DNA from: Saccostrea cucullata
Taxonomy: Eukaryota
NCBI RefSeq assembly: GCF_032062105.1
Contig: NW_026921619.1
Coordinates: 1-64,000 of the forward strand
Length of the DNA: 64,000 nt
Reading direction: 5' to 3'
Shown one piece after another: positions 35,839 to 46,653 of the stretch; position 1 is the stretch's first letter; each line of letters opens with the position of its first letter. A program made the translations under genes and the position numbers. Below the pieces are notes generated by a model. It was not told where the DNA came from. It worked only from the letters and a program-made list of their open reading frames with translations, and ran no database searches.

Positions 35839-38800
35839 ATGACCAGCGTGCAAAAGAACGAATTGAGAATTTTGCGTAAAACATTTTTGAAGAAAACCAG
35901 ATATGAGAGCCACCAATTATTCTTACAATCTTGCTTGGAACGTAACATTATTCCAAAAGGATTTAAACTTAAATGGACTTTAGGTTTGGATGCAACAATT
36001 GACAACAAAGAAAATATTCATGGAATCCTGGACTCAACTTCCCGAAAATTAATGCAGGAATCCGTAAAGGTTTGTGTTAAAACTGTTTCAAAACTTAAAG
36101 AATCTATAGAAAAGCAGAGTGAAAGTCTAAGGACGAAACTTGGCGAGGAGGAGTATATAGAGGCTTTTTCATCTATCAATGCCAATGTAGAAAAAAACGC
36201 AGAGAAACTTTTCAGAACAAAGAGTAGGAAACTAAGTGCATTAAATGAAAACAGGAATAAAAAAGATAATGTTGTATCTACTTTGACCGTAAACCCCACA
36301 GTTGACAATGCAATCATAGTTGATGAAGATGTAGAAATTCGAATAGAGGGGGATGGGAACTGTTTCTATAGATGCGTCTCATATTATTTATTTGATGATC
36401 AGAAATTTCATACTGAAATAAGAAGAAAGGTTGTAGAAGAACTGAATGCAAATAAACAATTTTATAGTGAGTACGTAGACGGAGATTTTCAAGATCATTT
36501 GAACAATGTCAAACTATTGGACGGAAGTGTGGCTTCATGGGCAACAGAAGCAGAAGTGTTTGCAGCAGCATACCGATTTGATGTTGATATTTTTGTGAAA
36601 TCAAATTCAAATAACCGATCCCAATGGCAAAAGTACCCGAATGCGGAGGAATGCGATCATAAAAAAGATTTCATTTGTTTAAATTACTTCTCAAATCATT
36701 TTAATTTCATCAAAACCTCACATCGCCCGTGCAATTGCTTTGTATCTAATTCTGAAGCAACAGATGATCTATTATCGGAAGATTCTAAAATGCACAACGT
36801 GGATTCGGAGGAAAAGGATGAGAACAATGAAACTATGGTAATGCCTGATAATAGTACATGTTCAGATAAGGATGTGATCAATATGTCTTCAAAAAAACTA
36901 ACAAACGCGCAGTTAAGCTTACTTAAAAAAGGACTAAAATTTGTACCTACTAAAAAGAATATTGATTTCACACAGTTATTAACAGACCTGCAAACATGGG
37001 AACGTAGAATGCGACTGCGGGAATTCTTTTTTAATGAGGAAGATGACGAATCTTCAGATACAGATGAACAGTATGAGAAAAAGAAATCAAATTCAAAGTG
37101 GACACCAGAAGAGGGGAGGGACAAATGGCTTGATGAATACATTAGACAAGTTAAGGAAGATGTAATCAGGGGATTAAGTAGAAATTTTTCGAGCAATATT
37201 ACAAACTCAGAGGAAAGTGCTATGAGAGAGCTTCTAGAGGATCCAAATATTATCATTAGACCAGCAGACAAAGGATCAGGAGTCGTTGTTATGGATACAG
37301 ATAAATACGTTGATCAAGTGGAAAACGAAATGCTGAATAGCTCATCCTACAGTGAAGTAAAAGAAGACAGATCTCAACAAATAACTAACAAAATACAAAA
37401 GTTAGTGAATAACATGCATAAAAGAGGATCTATCTCGACAGAGCTACGACACTACCTTTTACCGACAGAAATTTCTTCCGGTAAACTACAGGCCAATCCA
37501 AAAGTACACAAGAAAAATCACCCGCTGAGAACTATAGTAAATGGCCGTCAACATCCCACAGAAAAACTAGCAGAGTATGTTGAATTACAGCTCGAGGATG
37601 CAAACAAATCACTTAAAAGTTACATACAGGACACCACGGATTTCTTGAGGAAACTCTCAACATTGAATCAACCGTTGCCGAATTCTTCTTTATTATTTTG
37701 CATGGATGTTAAATCACTGTATCCTAGTATACCAAGGAAGGAAGCAAGGGAAGTAATTAAAAGGATTCTAGAAGAACGACAGAAAAAAGAAGTAGATACT
37801 GACAGTATTCTAGAAATGATGGATGCTGTCCTGGATAACAATAATTTTAGTTTCAACAATAAACATTATATCCAAACCGAAGGTACTGCTATAGGATCTA
37901 AACTGGGACGAAACTATGCATGTGTATACATGGGGGAATGGGAAAATATTCTTTTGGCGATTTGTAAACAACAACCTCTTTTTTATCTAAGATACATTGA
38001 CGATATTTTTGGGATCTGGACGGGGACAGAAGAAGAACTACATGATTTCCATATGACTGCAAATAATATTCACCCCAACATTCAGCTTGACCTGCGTTTT
38101 TCAAAAACAAAAATAGACTTCCTTGATGTTTCTATTTCTCTGGATAACGGATTTCTCACAACAGATCTTTACAGCAAACCAACTGACAAACATATGTACC
38201 TTAACAAAACCTCCAGCCATCCCGAATCTACAAAAAGTTCAATTCCGTACGGCCTTGGTCTTAGAGCACGTCGTATTTGCTCCACAGAGGAAAACTATCA
38301 AAGCCAACGTGATAAAGTGAAAAAGAACTTGCGAAAACGAGGATATTCTAGCAACGAAGTAGAAAAACAACTTACGAAAGTTGACAAACTCAATCGCTCG
38401 GATCTACTAAATTATAGAAAAAATAAAACGCGATGTGACCGTGTTCCCCTTGTGTTGACCTATTCAAAAGGATTACCGAATATTCATAACATTTTGAAGA
38501 AAAGACAAAAAATTCTTGAAAATTCCGATCGCCTGAAACTCGCGTTCAAAAAGACCCCAATCGTTGCCTATAAAAGAGACAAAAATTTGAAAGACATTTT
38601 AGTGTATAAAAAACACAACAATTTATTTTTTAAAAAAGGAAATTTATGTGAGCCATGTGGTGCTAAAAAATGTATTTTGTGTAAATTTGTTGTGAAAACC
38701 AGCCAGTTTGAAGATAATAACGGATGCACTTTTCAAGTCAAAAATTATATTAATTGTAAATCAAGGAATGTTGTTTATGGAATTTTTTGTAAAAAGTGTG

Positions 38801-39066
38801 ACAAAATAGTGTATGTGGGAGAAACTGGTGATAGTTTATATCAAAGACATGTGTTGAATTTGTCTTTAATTAGAAGAGAAACAAATGATCCTGTGGCTAC
38901 TCATTTTAATTCAGATGTACATACAGTAGAAGATTATAATATAATAGGCATTGAAAAACTGTATAAGAATGACATTTACCGCAAATATAGAGAAAATCTT
39001 TGGAAGAAAAAGTTGAACACTTATATACCATTTGGTATTAACAAAAGGGAACACTTCTGTCTTTGA
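35839..39066 (+). CDS. PLE OTU-RT-GIY-YIG polyprotein, intact copy (G133S)
   Basis: 1075 aa. Confidence 0.95.
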   Translation: MTSVQKNELRILRKTFLKKTRYESHQLFLQSCLERNIIPKGFKLKWTLGLDATIDNKENIHGILDSTSRKLMQESVKVCVKTVSKLKESIEKQSESLRTKLGEEEYIEAFSSINANVEKNAEKLFRTKSRKLSALNENRNKKDNVVSTLTVNPTVDNAIIVDEDVEIRIEGDGNCFYRCVSYYLFDDQKFHTEIRRKVVEELNANKQFYSEYVDGDFQDHLNNVKLLDGSVASWATEAEVFAAAYRFDVDIFVKSNSNNRSQWQKYPNAEECDHKKDFICLNYFSNHFNFIKTSHRPCNCFVSNSEATDDLLSEDSKMHNVDSEEKDENNETMVMPDNSTCSDKDVINMSSKKLTNAQLSLLKKGLKFVPTKKNIDFTQLLTDLQTWERRMRLREFFFNEEDDESSDTDEQYEKKKSNSKWTPEEGRDKWLDEYIRQVKEDVIRGLSRNFSSNITNSEESAMRELLEDPNIIIRPADKGSGVVVMDTDKYVDQVENEMLNSSSYSEVKEDRSQQITNKIQKLVNNMHKRGSISTELRHYLLPTEISSGKLQANPKVHKKNHPLRTIVNGRQHPTEKLAEYVELQLEDANKSLKSYIQDTTDFLRKLSTLNQPLPNSSLLFCMDVKSLYPSIPRKEAREVIKRILEERQKKEVDTDSILEMMDAVLDNNNFSFNNKHYIQTEGTAIGSKLGRNYACVYMGEWENILLAICKQQPLFYLRYIDDIFGIWTGTEEELHDFHMTANNIHPNIQLDLRFSKTKIDFLDVSISLDNGFLTTDLYSKPTDKHMYLNKTSSHPESTKSSIPYGLGLRARRICSTEENYQSQRDKVKKNLRKRGYSSNEVEKQLTKVDKLNRSDLLNYRKNKTRCDRVPLVLTYSKGLPNIHNILKKRQKILENSDRLKLAFKKTPIVAYKRDKNLKDILVYKKHNNLFFKKGNLCEPCGAKKCILCKFVVKTSQFEDNNGCTFQVKNYINCKSRNVVYGIFCKKCDKIVYVGETGDSLYQRHVLNLSLIRRETNDPVATHFNSDVHTVEDYNIIGIEKLYKNDIYRKYRENLWKKKLNTYIPFGINKREHFCL

Positions 39067-39327
39067 ATTGGATTTATGAACATTTGTGTGACATTGTATA
39101 CTTATTTTTACAGATATACTTTTATATATACTTTAAAATCATCTTTTTAATATACCCCGTATTCTAGTATTTTATTCTGTATGATAAAAATTTTGATACA
39201 CAAGTACAATTTTTGCTCTCACAATATTTTCAGATGTTTTTGGCGCAATTTTAGTGCATGACGTTGCCTCTCAATTTCTATGTTCATTGTGACGTCATAA
39301 TACTGTTGAGTTGCTATGCATTTAAAT

Positions 39328-39380
39328 AAACACGACTGATGAAGGCCGGTGACACGGCTGAAATATTTCGAAAAGTGTTT
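39328..39380 (+). ncRNA. Minimal hammerhead ribozyme (unit 5)
   Basis: CTGATGA at 39336. Confidence 0.75.
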
Positions 39381-39443
39381 TAAAGTTTTTTATTGTATTG
39401 ACAAAAAGAGACTTTGGATTTGTATAAAGTGTAGCAGAACAAC

Positions 39444-42400
39444 ATGACCAGCGTGCAAAAGAACGAATTGAGAATTTTGCGTAAAACATTTTTGAAGAAA
39501 ACCAGATATGAGAGCCACCAATTATTCTTACAATCTTGCTTGGAACGTAACATTATTCCAAAAGGATTTAAACTTAAATGGACTTTAGGTTTGGATGCAA
39601 CAATTGACAACAAAGAAAATATTCATGGAATCCTGGACTCAACTTCCCGAAAATTAATGCAGGAATCCGTAAAGGTTTGTGTTAAAACTGTTTCAAAACT
39701 TAAAGAATCTATAGAAAAGCAGAGTGAAAGTCTAAGGACGAAACTTGGCGAGGAGGAGTATATAGAGGCTTTTTCATCTATCAATGCCAATGTAGAAAAA
39801 AACGCAGAGAAACTTTTCAGAACAAAGAGTAGGAAACTAAGTGCATTAAATGAAAACAGGAATAAAAAAGATAATGTTGTATCTACTTTGACCGTAAACC
39901 CCACAGTTGACAATGCAATCATAGTTGATGAAGATGTAGAAATTCGAATAGAGGGGGATGGGAACTGTTTCTATAGATGCGTCTCATATTATTTATTTGA
40001 TGATCAGAAATTTCATACTGAAATAAGAAGAAAGGTTGTAGAAGAACTGAATGCAAATAAACAATTTTATAGTGAGTACGTAGACGGAGATTTTCAAGAT
40101 CATTTGAACAATGTCAAACTATTGGACGGAAGTGTGGCTTCATGGGCAACAGAAGCAGAAGTGTTTGCAGCAGCATACCGATTTGATGTTGATATTTTTG
40201 TGAAATCAAATTCAAATAACCGATCCCAATGGCAAAAGTACCCGAATGCGGAGGAATGCGATCATAAAAAAGATTTCATTTGTTTAAATTACTTCTCAAA
40301 TCATTTTAATTTCATCAAAACCTCACATCGCCCGTGCAATTGCTTTGTATCTAATTCTGAAGCAACAGATGATCTATTATCGGAAGATTCTAAAATGCAC
40401 AACGTGGATTCGGAGGAAAAGGATGAGAACAATGAAACTATGGTAATGCCTGATAATAGTACATGTTCAGATAAGGATGTGATCAATATGTCTTCAAAAA
40501 AACTAACAAACGCGCAGTTAAGCTTACTTAAAAAAGGACTAAAATTTGTACCTACTAAAAAGAATATTGATTTCACACAGTTATTAACAGACCTGCAAAC
40601 ATGGGAACGTAGAATGCGACTGCGGGAATTCTTTTTTAATGAGGAAGATGACGAATCTTCAGATACAGATGAACAGTATGAGAAAAAGAAATCAAATTCA
40701 AAGTGGACACCAGAAGAGGGGAGGGACAAATGGCTTGATGAATACATTAGACAAGTTAAGGAAGATGTAATCAGGGGATTAAGTAGAAATTTTTCGAGCA
40801 ATATTACAAACTCAGAGGAAAGTGCTATGAGAGAGCTTCTAGAGGATCCAAATATTATCATTAGACCAGCAGACAAAGGATCAGGAGTCGTTGTTATGGA
40901 TACAGATAAATACGTTGATCAAGTGGAAAACGAAATGCTGAATAGCTCATCCTACAGTGAAGTAAAAGAAGACAGATCTCAACAAATAACTAACAAAATA
41001 CAAAAGTTAGTGAATAACATGCATAAAAGAGGATCTATCTCGACAGAGCTACGACACTACCTTTTACCGACAGAAATTTCTTCCGGTAAACTACAGGCCA
41101 ATCCAAAAGTACACAAGAAAAATCACCCGCTGAGAACTATAGTAAATGGCCGTCAACATCCCACAGAAAAACTAGCAGAGTATGTTGAATTACAGCTCGA
41201 GGATGCAAACAAATCACTTAAAAGTTACATACAGGACACCACGGATTTCTTGAGGAAACTCTCAACATTGAATCAACCGTTGCCGAATTCTTCTTTATTA
41301 TTTTGCATGGATGTTAAATCACTGTATCCTAGTATACCAAGGAAGGAAGCAAGGGAAGTAATTAAAAGGATTCTAGAAGAACGACAGAAAAAAGAAGTAG
41401 ATACTGACAGTATTCTAGAAATGATGGATGCTGTCCTGGATAACAATAATTTTAGTTTCAACAATAAACATTATATCCAAACCGAAGGTACTGCTATAGG
41501 ATCTAAACTGGGACGAAACTATGCATGTGTATACATGGGGGAATGGGAAAATATTCTTTTGGCGATTTGTAAACAACAACCTCTTTTTTATCTAAGATAC
41601 ATTGACGATATTTTTGGGATCTGGACGGGGACAGAAGAAGAACTACATGATTTCCATATGACTGCAAATAATATTCACCCCAACATTCAGCTTGACCTGC
41701 GTTTTTCAAAAACAAAAATAGACTTCCTTGATGTTTCTATTTCTCTGGATAACGGATTTCTCACAACAGATCTTTACAGCAAACCAACTGACAAACATAT
41801 GTACCTTAACAAAACCTCCAGCCATCCCGAATCTACAAAAAGTTCAATTCCGTACGGCCTTGGTCTTAGAGCACGTCGTATTTGCTCCACAGAGGAAAAC
41901 TATCAAAGCCAACGTGATAAAGTGAAAAAGAACTTGCGAAAACGAGGATATTCTAGCAACGAAGTAGAAAAACAACTTACGAAAGTTGACAAACTCAATC
42001 GCTCGGATCTACTAAATTATAGAAAAAATAAAACGCGATGTGACCGTGTTCCCCTTGTGTTGACCTATTCAAAAGGATTACCGAATATTCATAACATTTT
42101 GAAGAAAAGACAAAAAATTCTTGAAAATTCCGATCGCCTGAAACTCGCGTTCAAAAAGACCCCAATCGTTGCCTATAAAAGAGACAAAAATTTGAAAGAC
42201 ATTTTAGTGTATAAAAAACACAACAATTTATTTTTTAAAAAAGGAAATTTATGTGAGCCATGTGGTGCTAAAAAATGTATTTTGTGTAAATTTGTTGTGA
42301 AAACCAGCCAGTTTGAAGATAATAACGGATGCACTTTTCAAGTCAAAAATTATATTAATTGTAAATCAAGGAATGTTGTTTATGGAATTTTTTGTAAAAA

Positions 42401-42671
42401 GTGTGACAAAATAGTGTATGTGGGAGAAACTGGTGATAGTTTATATCAAAGACATGTGTTGAATTTGTCTTTAATTATAAGAGAAACAAATGATCCTGTG
42501 GCTACTCATTTTAATTCAGATGTACATACAGTAGAAGATTATAATATAATAGGCATTGAAAAACTGTATAAGAATGACATTTACCGCAAATATAGAGAAA
42601 ATCTTTGGAAGAAAAAGTTGAACACTTATATACCATTTGGTATTAACAAAAGGGAACACTTCTGTCTTTGA
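39444..42671 (+). CDS. PLE OTU-RT-GIY-YIG polyprotein, intact copy (G133S; LIRRE to LIIRE)
   Basis: 1075 aa. Confidence 0.95.
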   Translation: MTSVQKNELRILRKTFLKKTRYESHQLFLQSCLERNIIPKGFKLKWTLGLDATIDNKENIHGILDSTSRKLMQESVKVCVKTVSKLKESIEKQSESLRTKLGEEEYIEAFSSINANVEKNAEKLFRTKSRKLSALNENRNKKDNVVSTLTVNPTVDNAIIVDEDVEIRIEGDGNCFYRCVSYYLFDDQKFHTEIRRKVVEELNANKQFYSEYVDGDFQDHLNNVKLLDGSVASWATEAEVFAAAYRFDVDIFVKSNSNNRSQWQKYPNAEECDHKKDFICLNYFSNHFNFIKTSHRPCNCFVSNSEATDDLLSEDSKMHNVDSEEKDENNETMVMPDNSTCSDKDVINMSSKKLTNAQLSLLKKGLKFVPTKKNIDFTQLLTDLQTWERRMRLREFFFNEEDDESSDTDEQYEKKKSNSKWTPEEGRDKWLDEYIRQVKEDVIRGLSRNFSSNITNSEESAMRELLEDPNIIIRPADKGSGVVVMDTDKYVDQVENEMLNSSSYSEVKEDRSQQITNKIQKLVNNMHKRGSISTELRHYLLPTEISSGKLQANPKVHKKNHPLRTIVNGRQHPTEKLAEYVELQLEDANKSLKSYIQDTTDFLRKLSTLNQPLPNSSLLFCMDVKSLYPSIPRKEAREVIKRILEERQKKEVDTDSILEMMDAVLDNNNFSFNNKHYIQTEGTAIGSKLGRNYACVYMGEWENILLAICKQQPLFYLRYIDDIFGIWTGTEEELHDFHMTANNIHPNIQLDLRFSKTKIDFLDVSISLDNGFLTTDLYSKPTDKHMYLNKTSSHPESTKSSIPYGLGLRARRICSTEENYQSQRDKVKKNLRKRGYSSNEVEKQLTKVDKLNRSDLLNYRKNKTRCDRVPLVLTYSKGLPNIHNILKKRQKILENSDRLKLAFKKTPIVAYKRDKNLKDILVYKKHNNLFFKKGNLCEPCGAKKCILCKFVVKTSQFEDNNGCTFQVKNYINCKSRNVVYGIFCKKCDKIVYVGETGDSLYQRHVLNLSLIIRETNDPVATHFNSDVHTVEDYNIIGIEKLYKNDIYRKYRENLWKKKLNTYIPFGINKREHFCL

Positions 42672-42932
42672 ATTGGATTTATGAACATTTGTGTGACATT
42701 GTATACTTATTTTTACAGATATACTTTTATATATACTTTAAAATCATCTTTTTAATATACCCCGTATTCTAGTATTTTATTCTGTATGATAAAAATTTTG
42801 ATACACAAGTACAATTTTTGCTCTCACAATATTTTCAGATGTTTTTGGCGCAATTTTAGTGCATGACGTTGCCTCTCAATTTCTATGTTCATTGTGACGT
42901 CATAATACTGTTGAGTTGCTATGCATTTAAAT

Positions 42933-42985
42933 AAACACGACTGATGAAGGCCGGTGACACGGCTGAAATATTTCGAAAAGTGTTT
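42933..42985 (+). ncRNA. Minimal hammerhead ribozyme (unit 6)
   Basis: CTGATGA at 42941. Confidence 0.75.
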
Positions 42986-43048
42986 TAAAGTTTTTTATTG
43001 TATTGACAAAAAGAGACTTTGGATTTGTATAAAGTGTAGCAGAACAAC

Positions 43049-46000
43049 ATGACCAGCGTGCAAAAGAACGAATTGAGAATTTTGCGTAAAACATTTTTGA
43101 AGAAAACCAGATATGAGAGCCACCAATTATTCTTACAATCTTGCTTGGAACGTAACATTATTCCAAAAGGATTTAAACTTAAATGGACTTTAGGTTTGGA
43201 TGCAACAATTGACAACAAAGAAAATATTCATGGAATCCTGGACTCAACTTCCCGAAAATTAATGCAGGAATCCGTAAAGGTTTGTGTTAAAACTGTTTCA
43301 AAACTTAAAGAATCTATAGAAAAGCAGAGTGAAAGTCTAAGGACGAAACTTGGCGAGGAGGAGTATATAGAGGCTTTTTCATCTATCAATGCCAATGTAG
43401 AAAAAAACGCAGAGAAACTTTTCAGAACAAAGAGTAGGAAACTAGGTGCATTAAATGAAAACAGGAATAAAAAAGATAATGTTGTATCTACTTTGACCGT
43501 AAACCCCACAGTTGACAATGCAATCATAGTTGATGAAGATGTAGAAATTCGAATAGAGGGGGATGGGAACTGTTTCTATAGATGCGTCTCATATTATTTA
43601 TTTGATGATCAGAAATTTCATACTGAAATAAGAAGAAAGGTTGTAGAAGAACTGAATGCAAATAAACAATTTTATAGTGAGTACGTAGACGGAGATTTTC
43701 AAGATCATTTGAACAATGTCAAACTATTGGACGGAAGTGTGGCTTCATGGGCAACAGAAGCAGAAGTGTTTGCAGCAGCATACCGATTTGATGTTGATAT
43801 TTTTGTGAAATCAAATTCAAATAACCGATCCCAATGGCAAAAGTACCCGAATGCGGAGGAATGCGATCATAAAAAAGATTTCATTTGTTTAAATTACTTC
43901 TCAAATCATTTTAATTTCATCAAAACCTCACATCGCCCGTGCAATTGCTTTGTATCTAATTCTGAAGCAACAGATGATCTATTATCGGAAGATTCTAAAA
44001 TGCACAACGTGGATTCGGAGGAAAAGGATGAGAACAATGAAACTATGGTAATGCCTGATAATAGTACATGTTCAGATAAGGATGTGATCAATATGTCTTC
44101 AAAAAAACTAACAAACGCGCAGTTAAGCTTACTTAAAAAAGGACTAAAATTTGTACCTACTAAAAAGAATATTGATTTCACACAGTTATTAACAGACCTG
44201 CAAACATGGGAACGTAGAATGCGACTGCGGGAATTCTTTTTTAATGAGGAAGATGACGAATCTTCAGATACAGATGAACAGTATGAGAAAAAGAAATCAA
44301 ATTCAAAGTGGACACCAGAAGAGGGGAGGGACAAATGGCTTGATGAATACATTAGACAAGTTAAGGAAGATGTAATCAGGGGATTAAGTAGAAATTTTTC
44401 GAGCAATATTACAAACTCAGAGGAAAGTGCTATGAGAGAGCTTCTAGAGGATCCAAAACTTATCATTAGACCAGCAGACAAAGGATCAGGAGTCGTTGTT
44501 ATGGATACAAATAAATACGTTGATCAAGTGGAAAACGAAATGCTGAATAGCTCATCCTACAGTGAAGTAAAAGAAGACAGATCTCAACAAATAACTAACA
44601 AAATACAAAAGTTAGTGAATAACATGCATAAAAGAGGATCTATCTCGACAGAGCTACGACACTACCTTTTACCGACAGAAATTTCTTCCGGTAAACTACA
44701 GGCCAATCCAAAAGTACACAAGAAAAATCACCCGCTGAGAACTATAGTAAATGGCCGTCAACATCCCACAGAAAAACTAGCAGAGTATGTTGAATTACAG
44801 CTCGAGGATGCAAACAAATCACTTAAAAGTTACATACAGGACACCACGGATTTCTTGAGGAAACTCTCAACATTGAATCAACCGTTGCCGAATTCTTCTT
44901 TATTATTTTGCATGGATGTTAAATCACTGTATCCTAGTATACCAAGGAAGGAAGCAAGGGAAGTAATTAAAAGGATTCTAGAAGAACGACAGAAAAAAGA
45001 AGTAGATACTGACAGTATTCTAGAAATGATGGATGCTGTCCTGGATAACAATAATTTTAGTTTCAACAATAAACATTATATCCAAACCGAAGGTACTGCT
45101 ATAGGATCTAAACTGGGACGAAACTATGCATGTGTATACATGGGGGAATGGGAAAATATTCTTTTGGCGATTTGTAAACAACAACCTCTTTTTTATCTAA
45201 GATACATTGACGATATTTTTGGGATCTGGACGGGGACAGAAGAAGAACTACATGATTTCCATATGACTGCAAATAATATTCACCCCAACATTCAGCTTGA
45301 CCTGCGTTTTTCAAAAACAAAAATAGACTTCCTTGATGTTTCTATTTCTCTGGATAACGGGTTTCTCACAACAGATCTTTACAGCAAACCAACTGACAAA
45401 CATATGTACCTTAACAAAACCTCCAGCCATCCCGAATCTACAAAAAGTTCAATTCCGTACGGCCTTGGTCTTAGAGCACGTCGTATTTGCTCCACAGAGG
45501 AAAACTATCAAAGCCAACGTGATAAAGTGAAAAAGAACTTGCGAAAACGAGGATATTCTAGCAACGAAGTAGAAAAACAACTTACGAAAGTTGACAAACT
45601 CAATCGCTCGGATCTACTAAATTATAGAAAAAATAAAACGCGATGTGACCGTGTTCCCCTTGTGTTGACCTATTCAAAAGGATTACCGAATATTCATAAC
45701 ATTTTGAAGAAAAGACAAAAAATTCTTGAAAATTCCGATCGCCTGAAACTCGCGTTCAAAAAGACCCCAATCGTTGCCTATAAAAGAGACAAAAATTTGA
45801 AAGACATTTTAGTGTATAAAAAACACAACAATTTATTTTTTAAAAAAGGAAATTTATGTGAGCCATGTGGTGCTAAAAAATGTATTTTGTGTAAATTTGT
45901 TGTGAAAACCAGCCAGTTTGAAGATAATAACGGATGCACTTTTCAAGTCAAAAATTATATTAATTGTAAATCAAGGAATGTTGTTTATGGAATTTTTTGT

Positions 46001-46276
46001 AAAAAGTGTGACAAAATAGTGTATGTGGGAGAAACTGGTGATAGTTTATATCAAAGACATGTGTTGAATTTGTCTTTAATTAGAAGAGAAACAAATGATC
46101 CTGTGGCTACTCATTTTAATTCAGATGTACATACAGTAGAAGATTATAATATAATAGGCATTGAAAAACTGTATAAGAATGACATTTACCGCAAATATAG
46201 AGAAAATCTTTGGAAGAAAAAGTTGAACACTTATATACCATTTGGTATTAACAAAAGGGAACACTTCTGTCTTTGA
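43049..46276 (+). CDS. PLE OTU-RT-GIY-YIG polyprotein, intact copy (PNII to PKLI; DTDK to DTNK)
   Basis: 1075 aa. Confidence 0.95.
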   Translation: MTSVQKNELRILRKTFLKKTRYESHQLFLQSCLERNIIPKGFKLKWTLGLDATIDNKENIHGILDSTSRKLMQESVKVCVKTVSKLKESIEKQSESLRTKLGEEEYIEAFSSINANVEKNAEKLFRTKSRKLGALNENRNKKDNVVSTLTVNPTVDNAIIVDEDVEIRIEGDGNCFYRCVSYYLFDDQKFHTEIRRKVVEELNANKQFYSEYVDGDFQDHLNNVKLLDGSVASWATEAEVFAAAYRFDVDIFVKSNSNNRSQWQKYPNAEECDHKKDFICLNYFSNHFNFIKTSHRPCNCFVSNSEATDDLLSEDSKMHNVDSEEKDENNETMVMPDNSTCSDKDVINMSSKKLTNAQLSLLKKGLKFVPTKKNIDFTQLLTDLQTWERRMRLREFFFNEEDDESSDTDEQYEKKKSNSKWTPEEGRDKWLDEYIRQVKEDVIRGLSRNFSSNITNSEESAMRELLEDPKLIIRPADKGSGVVVMDTNKYVDQVENEMLNSSSYSEVKEDRSQQITNKIQKLVNNMHKRGSISTELRHYLLPTEISSGKLQANPKVHKKNHPLRTIVNGRQHPTEKLAEYVELQLEDANKSLKSYIQDTTDFLRKLSTLNQPLPNSSLLFCMDVKSLYPSIPRKEAREVIKRILEERQKKEVDTDSILEMMDAVLDNNNFSFNNKHYIQTEGTAIGSKLGRNYACVYMGEWENILLAICKQQPLFYLRYIDDIFGIWTGTEEELHDFHMTANNIHPNIQLDLRFSKTKIDFLDVSISLDNGFLTTDLYSKPTDKHMYLNKTSSHPESTKSSIPYGLGLRARRICSTEENYQSQRDKVKKNLRKRGYSSNEVEKQLTKVDKLNRSDLLNYRKNKTRCDRVPLVLTYSKGLPNIHNILKKRQKILENSDRLKLAFKKTPIVAYKRDKNLKDILVYKKHNNLFFKKGNLCEPCGAKKCILCKFVVKTSQFEDNNGCTFQVKNYINCKSRNVVYGIFCKKCDKIVYVGETGDSLYQRHVLNLSLIRRETNDPVATHFNSDVHTVEDYNIIGIEKLYKNDIYRKYRENLWKKKLNTYIPFGINKREHFCL

Positions 46277-46537
46277 ATTGGATTTATGAACATTTGTGTG
46301 ACATTGTATATTTATTTTTACAGATATACTTTTATATATACTTTAAAATCATCTTTTTAATATACCCCGTATTCTAGTATTTTATTCTGTATGATAAAAA
46401 TTTTGATACACAAGTACAATTTTTGCTCTCACAATATTTTCAGATGTTTTTGGCGCAATTTTAGTGCATGACGTTGCCTCTCAATTTCTATGTTCATTGT
46501 GACGTCATAATACTGTTGAGTTGCTATGCATTTAAAT

Positions 46538-46590
46538 AAACACGACTGATGAAGGCCGGTGACACGGCTGAAATATTTCGAAAAGTGTTT
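46538..46590 (+). ncRNA. Minimal hammerhead ribozyme (unit 7)
   Basis: CTGATGA at 46546. Confidence 0.75.
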
Positions 46591-46653
46591 TAAAGTTTTT
46601 TATTGTATTGACAAAAAGAGACTTTGGATTTGTATAAAGTGTAGCAGAACAAC